IMG/VR virus record: IMGVR_UViG_3300008113_000139
Origin: an uncultured virus (IMG/VR IMGVR_UViG_3300008113_000139)
Taxonomy: Duplodnaviria; Heunggongvirae; Uroviricota; Caudoviricetes
Direction: 5' to 3' (one strand)
DNA: 64,000 nt
The notes beneath the pieces were generated by a model that was given only the letters and a program-made list of their open reading frames with translations, was not told the origin of the DNA and made no database searches. Positions 48,330-56,923 of this stretch are shown piece after piece. The stretch's first letter is position 1; each line of letters begins with the position of its first letter. Position numbers and translations under genes: made by a program.

Positions 48330-48427
48330 ACGCTAAAAAACAATGTGGAAGACACGCAAAGTCTAAAACAACAAACAACAAGAATTCAAAGAATTACGTT
48401 AAGAAGTACAAAGGCCAAGGCCGATAA
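48257..48427 (+). CDS. Small highly basic peptide ending KKYKGQGR
   Basis: Not in the ORF track; MGTKVATATKGKGSKSASIEKRKLNAKKQCGRHAKSKTTNNKNSKNYVKKYKGQGR (alternative GTG start at 48269). Confidence 0.55.
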   Translation: MGTKVATATKGKGSKSASIEKRKLNAKKQCGRHAKSKTTNNKNSKNYVKKYKGQGR

Positions 48428-48442
48428 CCAAATCTGTCAAGC

Positions 48443-49063
48443 ATGGAATCATCAGTAATAGTAACCATCATAGTAGCTTTGATAACGGCGGTCATAGGAC
48501 CAGCCGTGTTGGAGTATGTAAAGTCTTATGTAAAAAGAAAAGAAGCTACAGAAGATCCTATGTATGAAGAAATGGAATCGGACATACTAATCAACGAGCA
48601 GCTTGACTACCTACTAAACGAACTTGACTGTGACAGAGTCTGGATCTTGCAGTTTCACAACGGAGGACATTACTATGCTTCTGGTGTTTCTATCAAAAAG
48701 TTCAGCTTCTTTTACGAAACGGTAGGAATAGGTATTGCTCCAATCAGAGAAAAATTCCAAAACATACCTACTAGCTTTTTCAGCAGAAGTCTCAAAGAGA
48801 TCCACGACAACGATGACCTTTGTGTTGATGACATGCACGACGAATCTCGTCCAGCTTTCGGCTTAAGAGATACAGCTGAAGGCACCGGGTGTCAGTCGAT
48901 ATTTCTTGCTGCGCTTAAGACTCCTAGCGGAAAACTTCACGGTGCACTTGGAGTGGAATTTGTTAAAGAACCGAAAGGATTCACTGAAGATCAAAAAGAT
49001 TTGATCAGAGACACTGCTACATATGTATCGGGAACTCTTGGTTTGATCCACAAGTTCAAATAA
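48443..49063 (+). CDS. Membrane-anchored GAF-domain protein (T4 holin T-like topology)
   Basis: N-terminal TM; LDCDRVWILQFHNG...G.QSIFLAAL....G.LGVEF...FTEDQ GAF pattern. Confidence 0.6.
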   Translation: MESSVIVTIIVALITAVIGPAVLEYVKSYVKRKEATEDPMYEEMESDILINEQLDYLLNELDCDRVWILQFHNGGHYYASGVSIKKFSFFYETVGIGIAPIREKFQNIPTSFFSRSLKEIHDNDDLCVDDMHDESRPAFGLRDTAEGTGCQSIFLAALKTPSGKLHGALGVEFVKEPKGFTEDQKDLIRDTATYVSGTLGLIHKFK

Positions 49064-49071
49064 GATATATA
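49064..49071 (+). promoter_or_regulatory. Putative late promoter GATATATA
   Basis: Immediately upstream of tagged gene 49092. Confidence 0.6.
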
Positions 49072-49091
49072 GACAAAATAACTATCACAAG

Positions 49092-49607
49092 ATGGCATAC
49101 ATCAAACTATTCGAACAATTCTTAAACGAGGCTAACGAGCTGATCAAAGCCCAAGGAATCTGTAAGAACACTATGTTTCAGGTACAGAAAGAAGTTGATA
49201 AACTTTTCAATGATATGGTCAAGAAAGGTCTCGCAGATTCTTTCACTACAAAAGTCGAGCCTTGGAACAACGGTTACCAACTTAAGACTAAAGTTGATAC
49301 CAAGACTCTTTGGAGAAAAGAGGATCGTAATGAAATTTCCGACGAAATTGCATCATTTGCTTATAAGATAGCTGGAGCGGGTTATTTATTCCTTCAGCCT
49401 GGCACTTTCTTTGATGATTACTTCGAAGAAGGCAAAGGCGCTAAGATCGAAGGGCACGTTTTCCAAATCGAAGATAAGCAGCCTTACGAGGTATCATATC
49501 CTAAGTGGGATATCAAAGACAAGAACGATATTCCCAAAGCAGGAAAAGAATTTCTTGATACGATTAAGTCTCAGATTGCAGAAATCCGCAAAAAGTTGGA
49601 ACTCTAA
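49092..49607 (+). CDS. Putative internal head protein (CTS-tagged)
   Basis: MAYIKLFEQFLNE|A. Confidence 0.65.
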   Translation: MAYIKLFEQFLNEANELIKAQGICKNTMFQVQKEVDKLFNDMVKKGLADSFTTKVEPWNNGYQLKTKVDTKTLWRKEDRNEISDEIASFAYKIAGAGYLFLQPGTFFDDYFEEGKGAKIEGHVFQIEDKQPYEVSYPKWDIKDKNDIPKAGKEFLDTIKSQIAEIRKKLEL

Positions 49608-49858
49608 TGGACAACTACGTAAAGACATACGAGAGCTTCTTAAACGAAGGCGCAGGTAAGTACACCGTTGCTGACTTTCCCGTTGGCGCAAAGGCTCACA
49701 TGGATGATGAAGTTTGGATGGTAGTAAAACCTGGTGCCCGAGGCAACAAAGTTTTCTTGGCTCCTTTCAACAAAGAAGCCAAAGATCGCTACATCAGCAT
49801 CGCGATCGAACACGACATCAACTTCCTAAACGGAGCGGTAACCAAAATCGAATTATGA
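49607..49858 (+). CDS. Putative internal head protein (CTS-tagged)
   Basis: MDNYVKTYESFLNE|G. Confidence 0.65.
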   Translation: MDNYVKTYESFLNEGAGKYTVADFPVGAKAHMDDEVWMVVKPGARGNKVFLAPFNKEAKDRYISIAIEHDINFLNGAVTKIEL

Positions 49859-49860
49859 TC

Positions 49861-50589
49861 ATGAAACACATACAGTTATTTGAGGACTTCATCAAAAACT
49901 ATGGCGAAGATATCTCTCACAAAGAGTTTGAGAACATCGAGCCAGGATCGAAGATTCTTTACATGGGCGGACAGTATGAAGTAGTTCAGAATAACCGCGT
50001 TACGATCGTAATCAAGAATCCTAAGACCGGCGATACCAAGAGCATCAACTACAGCATGTTTAACCACGGAGGCGCTCTTACTGAGAACAAAGTGGCTGGC
50101 AAAGTATATAAAGACAAAGAAGGCACAGAATACTACGTCGAGAAAGAAGCAGGCCATTATGTAGTCGTTGCCAAAGGCAAAGGCGGTGTACCTTCAGAAG
50201 CTTGGGACGATTGGTTCAATCGTCAAGAAGATGCCGAAGAAATCGCTCAGAAACTCGCAGCGGGAGAACTCGATGAAAGTCTGTTCTTAAACGAAGCAGA
50301 CGATGATGACAAGCAATCAACCGATCGCGGTCCTATCGACAACGAAGCCGTAGAAAAAGGTCTTAAGACCAAGAGTAAAGAATCAGGCGTTCCTATCGGA
50401 ATCCTAAGAGCCGTCATGAGGCGTGGAATGGCAGCCTGGAAATCTGGTCACAGACCCGGAGCAGGTCAAGAACAGTGGGGTTACGCTCGCGTAAACTCAT
50501 TCCTTACCAAAGGAAAAGGCACGTGGGGCAAAGCTGACAAAGATCTCGCCAAAGAAGTCAGAGACGGCGGCCACGACGCAAAACTATAA
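49861..50589 (+). CDS. Tagged multi-module protein with C-terminal RRG.AAW..GHRPG...W..ARVNSF domain
   Basis: Likely start MKHIQLFEDF at 49861 (or 49855); internal LTE and LDESLFLNE|A sites. Confidence 0.65.
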   Translation: MKHIQLFEDFIKNYGEDISHKEFENIEPGSKILYMGGQYEVVQNNRVTIVIKNPKTGDTKSINYSMFNHGGALTENKVAGKVYKDKEGTEYYVEKEAGHYVVVAKGKGGVPSEAWDDWFNRQEDAEEIAQKLAAGELDESLFLNEADDDDKQSTDRGPIDNEAVEKGLKTKSKESGVPIGILRAVMRRGMAAWKSGHRPGAGQEQWGYARVNSFLTKGKGTWGKADKDLAKEVRDGGHDAKL

Positions 50590-50604
50590 CAATCAACAAC
50601 TTAC

Positions 50605-50633
50605 AAAAAAAGCCTGGAAGACCCAGGCTTTTG
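50605..50633. terminator. Bidirectional intrinsic terminator
   Basis: aaaagcctgg-aagac-ccaggctttt between convergent genes. Confidence 0.8.
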
Positions 50634-50651
50634 TAGCGAATAACCGTTAGA

Positions 50652-51005
50652 TTATTCTACGGTAATTGTCTTGCCAACAGTTTTCTTGGCAGTAGAGAAT
50701 TCCACCGACAGTATGCCGTTCTCCAGTTTTGCTTTGATTGATTCAGCATCGATATCTTCTACCAAGTACGATCTTTTAACCTTTGTGTTTAAGTACCTTG
50801 GCAGTTTTCTTGCGGTCTCAGCTTCAATAATCAAGGTCTTGTCTTCAACTTTGACTGTGACTTCGTCCTTGGCAAATCCTGGAAGAAGCACATCAACTAC
50901 AAGACCTTCGTCGATCCTGCGGATCTCAGCTTTACTGTGAACTGTCTGTGGGTGCGCGACTTCGAATAGTTCGTCAAGCGCAGAAAAAATTGATGTTGTG
51001 TACAT
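50652..51005 (-). CDS. Small heat-shock protein (Hsp20/alpha-crystallin)
   Basis: LPGFAKDEVTVKVEDKTLII, IDAESIKAKLENGILSV. Confidence 0.9.
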   Translation of the reverse strand: MYTTSIFSALDELFEVAHPQTVHSKAEIRRIDEGLVVDVLLPGFAKDEVTVKVEDKTLIIEAETARKLPRYLNTKVKRSYLVEDIDAESIKAKLENGILSVEFSTAKKTVGKTITVE

Positions 51006-51067
51006 ATGTGTAGATTTTTTTAAGATTCAGTAAATATACTTCAAAGATTATGCAAAATGAATTTTGG

Positions 51068-51112
51068 TGTCATTGTGGCACATTCTATATATTTCGTGGT
51101 GACATTATGTCA
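51068..51112. promoter_or_regulatory. Paired TG(A/C)CA-N3-TG(T/A)CA boxes upstream of hsp20
   Basis: tgtcattgtggca (51068-51080) and palindromic tgacattatgtca (51100-51112), 32 bp apart. Confidence 0.45.
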
Positions 51113-51296
51113 TTACGGTTCTAAGACTTAGAAAAGACTCTTTAAGAATGATGATGATGTGTCTTAGTCCTAGAACTGCCTAAGATGGTTTAGAAGTGTC
51201 TTTGGGTTGACTATACTTAGTACCCTGGACCTTAACAACGTATAAGTTTTATACAGATTTTTACAATAGTTCTCAGTTGAAGAAAAAAAGTTGAAA

Positions 51297-51322
51297 AAAC
51301 TTAGTTCAGCCCGCTGAATATA
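51297..51322 (+). promoter_or_regulatory. Putative middle-type promoter (AAAC-N15-GAATATA)
   Basis: Bipartite motif upstream of the dUTPase-like gene. Confidence 0.55.
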
Positions 51323-51343
51323 ACAATAAATCATTAGACATTT

Positions 51344-51847
51344 ATGGCAAACACAGACAACTCTTGCGCAAAATTAGAAATCAAAGATCTACATTCAGCA
51401 GTTCTTAATGATCCAACACTTCAGAACGAAAACGGATCATACCCTGATACTTTGGGCGACATCTTAAATCTACAAGCAGAAACACAAAAGAACGTCTACG
51501 GGTACGACTTTGAGAATATGTCTCTACGTCAGATCATGGACTTTTGGGCAATGAACACACATGCTATGGTCGATGAGATTCATGAGGCAACCGATGCGCT
51601 CGGTGGAATTTCAGCAGGCGGGTCAGCAATTTGGAAGAAGTGGAAAAAAGACTATTCTAAATACGCTGACATGAAGTTCAGTGATCTTTCAGAAGACGAT
51701 CAACTTGAATGCAAATTCGAAATCATCGACATGCTTCACTTTTTCATGAACTACGCAGCATCAATCGGCATGACTTCGCAAGAAATGTACAACATGTACA
51801 TGAGCAAGAATGAAGAAAACCGCGCTCGTCAGAAACGCGGTTATTAA
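51344..51847 (+). CDS. All-alpha dUTPase/dCTPase (T4 gp56-like)
   Basis: DEIHEATDAL, WKKWKK, EIIDMLHFF, YMSKNEENRARQKRGY. Confidence 0.85.
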   Translation: MANTDNSCAKLEIKDLHSAVLNDPTLQNENGSYPDTLGDILNLQAETQKNVYGYDFENMSLRQIMDFWAMNTHAMVDEIHEATDALGGISAGGSAIWKKWKKDYSKYADMKFSDLSEDDQLECKFEIIDMLHFFMNYAASIGMTSQEMYNMYMSKNEENRARQKRGY

Positions 51848-51854
51848 CACGAGG

Positions 51855-51880
51855 CAACTACTTATCCAACTTGGTATATA
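51855..51880 (+). promoter_or_regulatory. Putative middle-type promoter (CAAC-N15-GTATATA)
   Basis: Same spacing, upstream of the PolB half gene. Confidence 0.45.
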
Positions 51881-51890
51881 AATTTAGATT

Positions 51891-53267
51891 ATGATAGAAA
51901 TAGAACAAAAAGACTCAACACTCACGATTTCTTACTTTGATGAAAACGGCGACGTTGCTCTTGACAGGATCATGGTTCCTGCGGAAGAAATGTTTGAGTG
52001 GGAGTACTGCGTAGGCAACGATAAACCACATCCTGGTGTTCTTTCCTGGGACGGAAAGCCGGTCAAGAAAAAAAGAACCAAGTTCTTAAGCAAGTGGAGG
52101 ATCGAAGAATTCCTGCTTTCTTTGCCTGCCGAAAGAACAGCCAACATATACTCATCAAACTCTCCTAAGAAATTCTTTATAGACATCGAGGTGTTTGTTG
52201 CTGATGAATGGCCAAAGCCAGAACTGGCGAAAACTCCTGTCACAGCGATAACTTTCTGCCACAATGATAAGATCATCTCGATGGGAACCAAACAGCTGAC
52301 CGCCGAGCAGATATTCAGCATCAAGCGTAAGATCGAAGAACATATTAGTCGAAAGGTAGACTTCAACTATCTGTACTTCAAAACAGAGTATGATATGTTA
52401 TCATCATTCTTTCTGAAAGCAGTACAGAAGATGCCTCTCATGACGGGATGGAATTTCATCGGGTTCGACTGGACATACTTAATCAATCGTTGTAAGAGAC
52501 TCAACATCGACATCGCTCCGAGTTCGCCTACGTATAAACTAAACGGTGACTTGCAGTTTCCTGCGCACAGACTTGTGGTCGACTATCTTGACGTCTACAA
52601 GAAGTGGGATCGCGTCATCGACATCAAAGAAAACAACACGCTTGACTATGTTGCGAAAGCCGCACTTGGAGTTCCTAAGATCAAATACCCAGGAACGCTG
52701 CAAGACATGTATGAAAATGACTTTGAGGCATACATATTCTACAACGCGGTCGATACCAAACTCGTGGAAATGATCGATAAGAAGATCAACACGATGCAGA
52801 CCTTCTTGACTCTTGGCAACATTACCAAAGTTGAAGCCAACCGAGCGTTCTCTCCGATATGGATGGCAGAAGCCGCGATGGCAAGAGAAAACTGGGCAAG
52901 AGGCAGAGTATTCCCCAAGACGGAAAAAATGACAAAGAAACGCGAAGCATACGAAGGAGCGTTCGTCGTGGATCCAAAGACAGGACTGTATGAATGGGTT
53001 GCTTCGTTCGACTTTGCATCGCTATATCCTTCGATTATGAGACAGTGGAACATATCACCTGAATCTTACATGCATAACGTCGATAAGAATGAACAGGTTG
53101 ATACAGAGAAGTACATCAAAGCATCTTCAGGCGCAGTCTTCAAGAAAGACAAAGACTCGGTTTTTAGAACCATTCTTGCTGAGTATTATGGAAAGCGTAA
53201 GGTTGCAAAGAAGGTGTACATGGAAATTGAAGAAGAGATTGAACAACTTCAAAGATATATAAAGTAA
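51891..53267 (+). CDS. Family B DNA polymerase, N-terminal subunit (exonuclease + motif A)
   Basis: FIDIEV, GWNFIGFD, YNAVD, YEGAFV, SFDFASLYPSIMRQWNISPE; ends in the fingers domain, with no KxxxNSxYG or YxDTDS. Confidence 0.88.
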   Translation: MIEIEQKDSTLTISYFDENGDVALDRIMVPAEEMFEWEYCVGNDKPHPGVLSWDGKPVKKKRTKFLSKWRIEEFLLSLPAERTANIYSSNSPKKFFIDIEVFVADEWPKPELAKTPVTAITFCHNDKIISMGTKQLTAEQIFSIKRKIEEHISRKVDFNYLYFKTEYDMLSSFFLKAVQKMPLMTGWNFIGFDWTYLINRCKRLNIDIAPSSPTYKLNGDLQFPAHRLVVDYLDVYKKWDRVIDIKENNTLDYVAKAALGVPKIKYPGTLQDMYENDFEAYIFYNAVDTKLVEMIDKKINTMQTFLTLGNITKVEANRAFSPIWMAEAAMARENWARGRVFPKTEKMTKKREAYEGAFVVDPKTGLYEWVASFDFASLYPSIMRQWNISPESYMHNVDKNEQVDTEKYIKASSGAVFKKDKDSVFRTILAEYYGKRKVAKKVYMEIEEEIEQLQRYIK

Positions 53268-53286
53268 ACATATAGGAAAAGAAAAT

Positions 53287-54306
53287 ATGAGTAAATTGTT
53301 TGTTGAACGAATACCCTTCAAGCCTTTTGAATACCCGGTATACTATAACGAAGGGTGGCTGAAACAAGCGCAGGCATTCTGGTTACACACCGAAATTCCG
53401 ATGCAAGGGGATGTGAAAGATTGGAACGAGTTTCTTCTTCCACACGAAAAGAACCTGGTAGGCAACATCTTATTAGGATTCGCACAGACAGAATGTGCTG
53501 TCAGTGATTATTGGACCGGGATGGTCACTAAGTGGTTTCCCAAACACGAGATACGTCAGATGGCCATGATGTTTGGATCGCAAGAGACCATACACGCGAC
53601 TGCATACTCTTATCTTAATGAGACTCTGGGTCTCGAAGACTTTGAAGCATTCTTACACGAACCTGCGACCAAAGAAAAGTTCGAGCTGCTAACATCAACC
53701 ACAGCAGACTGGACTCCCGCTGACTTGCAGACTAACCCGGAGGCAAGAAAAGAAGTCGGGCGTAGCTTGGCAATCTTTTCAGCATTTGCTGAAGGTGTTT
53801 CGCTCTACTCTTCTTTCGCTGTCTTATATTCTTTCCAAATGAGAAACTTGCTCAAAGGAATAGGCCAGCAGATGAAGTGGTCGGTCCGCGATGAATCTCT
53901 GCACTCTAAGATGGGATGTACGCTGTTCAGACATATGTGCGAAGAGTATCCAGACCTCTTGGAACAATGCAAACCTGCTGTCGAGGAAGCAGCAAGACTT
54001 GTTGCTGATTTGGAACTTAAATTCATCGACAAGATGTTTGAGCAAGGAGACTTGGAAAACTTAAAAGCATCTGACTTGAAAGAATTCATCAAGCAAAGAA
54101 CCAACGAAAAACTTGCTGAGCTTGGTTACAATCCAATGCCGGGTGGTGACTTTTACTTTGAGATCAATAAAAAGAAAGCAGAGAACCTAGATTGGTTCTA
54201 TCACTTGACCGGTGGACACACTCACACCGACTTCTTTGCGATTCGTCCTACCGACTACAGCAAAGCAAACGAAGGCGAAAACTGGGACGCTGACGACTGG
54301 TTCTAA
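53287..54306 (+). CDS. nrdB: Ribonucleotide reductase class Ia beta subunit
   Basis: FWLHTE, QETIHATAY, EGVSLYSSF, RDESLH, DFFA. Confidence 0.95.
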   Translation: MSKLFVERIPFKPFEYPVYYNEGWLKQAQAFWLHTEIPMQGDVKDWNEFLLPHEKNLVGNILLGFAQTECAVSDYWTGMVTKWFPKHEIRQMAMMFGSQETIHATAYSYLNETLGLEDFEAFLHEPATKEKFELLTSTTADWTPADLQTNPEARKEVGRSLAIFSAFAEGVSLYSSFAVLYSFQMRNLLKGIGQQMKWSVRDESLHSKMGCTLFRHMCEEYPDLLEQCKPAVEEAARLVADLELKFIDKMFEQGDLENLKASDLKEFIKQRTNEKLAELGYNPMPGGDFYFEINKKKAENLDWFYHLTGGHTHTDFFAIRPTDYSKANEGENWDADDWF

Positions 54307-54316
54307 ATCAACAACA

Positions 54317-54388
54317 ATGACACTAATAGGAATAATCATAATCATACTGCTATACAGCATCAACGAAAACATCAAGAAAAATAAATGA
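54317..54388 (+). CDS. Possible 23-aa hydrophobic peptide
   Basis: MTLIGIIIIILLYSINENIKKNK; ATGA overlap with the nrdA start. Confidence 0.3.
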   Translation: MTLIGIIIIILLYSINENIKKNK

Positions 54389-56163
54389 AGAACTACGGAG
54401 AAGAATTGGGATGGGAGCTCGGTGTAGACTTTCCCGAGTGGGGCAACACTGAAGTATATGTAAAGACAATATCAAAAGGATATCTTTTACAAGGAGAAAA
54501 ACCAAAAGACGCATACTGGAGAGTATGTACCACTGTCGCAAGACGTTTAGGAAAACCTCAGCTTGCGTCGAAGTTTTTTGACTATGTTTGGAAAGGTTGG
54601 CTGGGACTCGCAAGTCCAGTACTATCAAACACAGGTACTGACCGAGGATTACCTATATCTTGCTTTGGCATCGATGTAGGAGATAGCATCTTCGAGATTG
54701 GCTCGAAAAACTTAGAGCTCATGCTCTTGGCAAAACATGGGGGTGGCGTAGGAATTGGAATCAACCAGATTCGTCCTGCTGGCTCTAAGATAACAGGCAA
54801 CGGTACGTCAGACGGAGTAGTTCCGTTTTGCAAGATTTACGATTCTACCATCTTAGCGACCAACCAAGGTGCCGTTCGTCGTGGTGCCGCAAGCACCAAC
54901 ATCAACATTGAACACAAAGACTTCGAAGATTGGTTGGAAACACGCGAACCTAAAGGAGATGTCAATCGTCAGTCTTTGAACATGCACCAATGCGCAATCG
55001 TCGGAGACAAGTTCATGAGGAAACTGTTGGACGGTAACCCAGAAGCACGTCGTAAGTGGGGCAAACTTTTGCAGAAACGTAAAGCAACCGGAGAACCTTA
55101 CATCATGTTTAAAGGTAATGTGAACAAACAGAATCCCGAAGCGTACAAGAAGAACGGTCTTAAAGTATTCATGACCAACATTTGCTCAGAGATCGTGCTT
55201 CACACCGATGAATCACACTCTTTTGTTTGCTGCTTGAGTTCTTTGAACCTCGCAAAGTACGACGAGTGGAAAGATACCGACTTGGTTTACACAGCAACGT
55301 TTTTCTTGGACGGAGTCTTGGAAGAATTCGTACAGAAAGCCAAGAACATGAAAGGTTTCGAAAACGCGGTTCGTTCGGCAGAAAAAGGAAGAGCGTTAGG
55401 ATTAGGCGTACTTGGTTGGCACACTTACTTGCAACAAAAAGGTATTCCGTTCGAAGGTCTTCAGGCACAATTTGAGACTCGCAGAATTTTCTCACAGATG
55501 AAGATCGAAAGCGAAAGAGCCAGCCGTGATATGGCAAACGAATACGGTGAACCGCTTTGGTGCCGAGACACTGGTTTTAGAAACACACACCTTCGCGCTG
55601 TCGCTCCTACCGTATCGAATTCTAAACTTAGCGGAAACGTCAGCTCTGGGATTGAACCTTGGGCAGCCAACGTATTCACCGAACAGACTGCCAAAGGAAC
55701 TTTCATTCGCAAGAATCCTGAGCTGGAAAAAGCACTTAAGAAAATCGGCAAGAATACCAAAGAAACCTGGGACCAGATACTCGCGGACGGCGGATCTGTT
55801 CAAGGTCTTGACTTTTTGAACAACTGGTGTTTCTTAGACGGTAAGTTGGTAGAATGTGCAAATGTCAGCGATATCGACCGTCACAAATGCAATCCAATCA
55901 AAGACGTGTTCAGAACTTTCAAAGAAATCAACCAACTTGACTTGGTACGTCAAGCAGGAATACGCCAACAATACATTGATCAGTCTGTGTCTTTGAACTT
56001 AGCGTTTCCATCATCAGCTGAACCTAAGTGGATAAACCAAGTACACATGGAAGCTTGGAAACAAGGCGTCAAAACACTTTACTACACAAGGACCGAATCC
56101 GTACTCCGAGGCGACATAGCCGCCAGGGCCACTGATCCAGACTGTGCTTCTTGCGAAGGGTAA
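54385..56163 (+). CDS. nrdA: Ribonucleotide reductase class Ia alpha subunit (no ATP cone)
   Basis: SPVLSN, PISCF, GGGVG, TNICSEI, CCLSSLNL, APTVSNS, DQSVS, KTLYY, C-terminal CASCEG. Confidence 0.95.
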   Translation: MKNYGEELGWELGVDFPEWGNTEVYVKTISKGYLLQGEKPKDAYWRVCTTVARRLGKPQLASKFFDYVWKGWLGLASPVLSNTGTDRGLPISCFGIDVGDSIFEIGSKNLELMLLAKHGGGVGIGINQIRPAGSKITGNGTSDGVVPFCKIYDSTILATNQGAVRRGAASTNINIEHKDFEDWLETREPKGDVNRQSLNMHQCAIVGDKFMRKLLDGNPEARRKWGKLLQKRKATGEPYIMFKGNVNKQNPEAYKKNGLKVFMTNICSEIVLHTDESHSFVCCLSSLNLAKYDEWKDTDLVYTATFFLDGVLEEFVQKAKNMKGFENAVRSAEKGRALGLGVLGWHTYLQQKGIPFEGLQAQFETRRIFSQMKIESERASRDMANEYGEPLWCRDTGFRNTHLRAVAPTVSNSKLSGNVSSGIEPWAANVFTEQTAKGTFIRKNPELEKALKKIGKNTKETWDQILADGGSVQGLDFLNNWCFLDGKLVECANVSDIDRHKCNPIKDVFRTFKEINQLDLVRQAGIRQQYIDQSVSLNLAFPSSAEPKWINQVHMEAWKQGVKTLYYTRTESVLRGDIAARATDPDCASCEG

Positions 56164-56177
56164 AGATAAATACAGAA

Positions 56178-56855
56178 ATGGCAGTCTTAATCACATCAGA
56201 GGCAATCGTAAAAACCGTAAGTCCCTTAAAGAATAAGTTTGGGATCGAGGAACTCAATGACCACATCGACGGTTGGATCGAGCCCGTAAAGATCGGACCG
56301 CTCTGGATTATGTACAAAGAAGGATCTGACAAAGATCCGCTAAACGAAATTGCTTCTTTAGTGTTCAACATGCCTCTGCGAGGCAAAGTCCTGGTAGTTC
56401 CAGTGCAACAGCTTCCTACCGAGTGGGATCTGATGGAGCCCGAAGACTTTAAGTACAGCGGAGAAGAGGTGGACTGCGGATTCTTACTTTCTCTGCAGTC
56501 ATTGCTGATTCACAGAAAACTGATGGAAGAAAACGGCGGTGTTTACAGCCCAGACGGAACTGCGGTGTTCAACATCGGTCCTAAAGAAGAATGGCTTTAT
56601 GATCCTAAGCTCAATGAAACCGACGAACCTACCAAAGAGTTTTTAAAGTCTGTGTACCCTTATATAGTTGAGACCGGTGCAGATAAACTTAAAGACGGTG
56701 TCTTATTTGAAGATGAAGACTTGATTGTTCGCGTGGAAAATGTCAAAGACTTAAATCTAGCGATCAGCCAGATGATTGAGATGTATGTTGAAGAAGAGGA
56801 GTACGAAAAGTGTGCTCAACTACAAAAGATCATCAACGACCTCAAAAATTGTTAA
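56178..56855 (+). CDS. Hypothetical protein with C-terminal UVR-like coiled motif
   Basis: ATG 56178 follows GATAAATA; ends VEEEEYEKCAQLQKII. Confidence 0.6.
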   Translation: MAVLITSEAIVKTVSPLKNKFGIEELNDHIDGWIEPVKIGPLWIMYKEGSDKDPLNEIASLVFNMPLRGKVLVVPVQQLPTEWDLMEPEDFKYSGEEVDCGFLLSLQSLLIHRKLMEENGGVYSPDGTAVFNIGPKEEWLYDPKLNETDEPTKEFLKSVYPYIVETGADKLKDGVLFEDEDLIVRVENVKDLNLAISQMIEMYVEEEEYEKCAQLQKIINDLKNC

Positions 56856-56873
56856 TAACTTTTTGATACAAAA

Positions 56874-56905
56874 TTTGCTAATGTCGCAAACATTGGTTAA
56901 TTTTG
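56874..56905 (+). promoter_or_regulatory. Bacteroidota sigma-A-type promoter (-33 TTTG / -7 TAnnTTTG)
   Basis: TTTG 56874-56877, 20-bp spacer, TAATTTTG 56898-56905, upstream of the ligase gene. Confidence 0.6.
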
Positions 56906-56923
56906 CTATATCAATTTAATTAA

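Noticed and set aside
49714..49860. N-terminal extension of ORF 49714..50589
   Set aside because: Overlaps gene 49607..49858; the tagged start at 49855/49861 is far more plausible.
51121..51240. tRNA or other known structured RNA
   Set aside because: No cloverleaf, T-loop or recognisable consensus seen here or elsewhere in the window.
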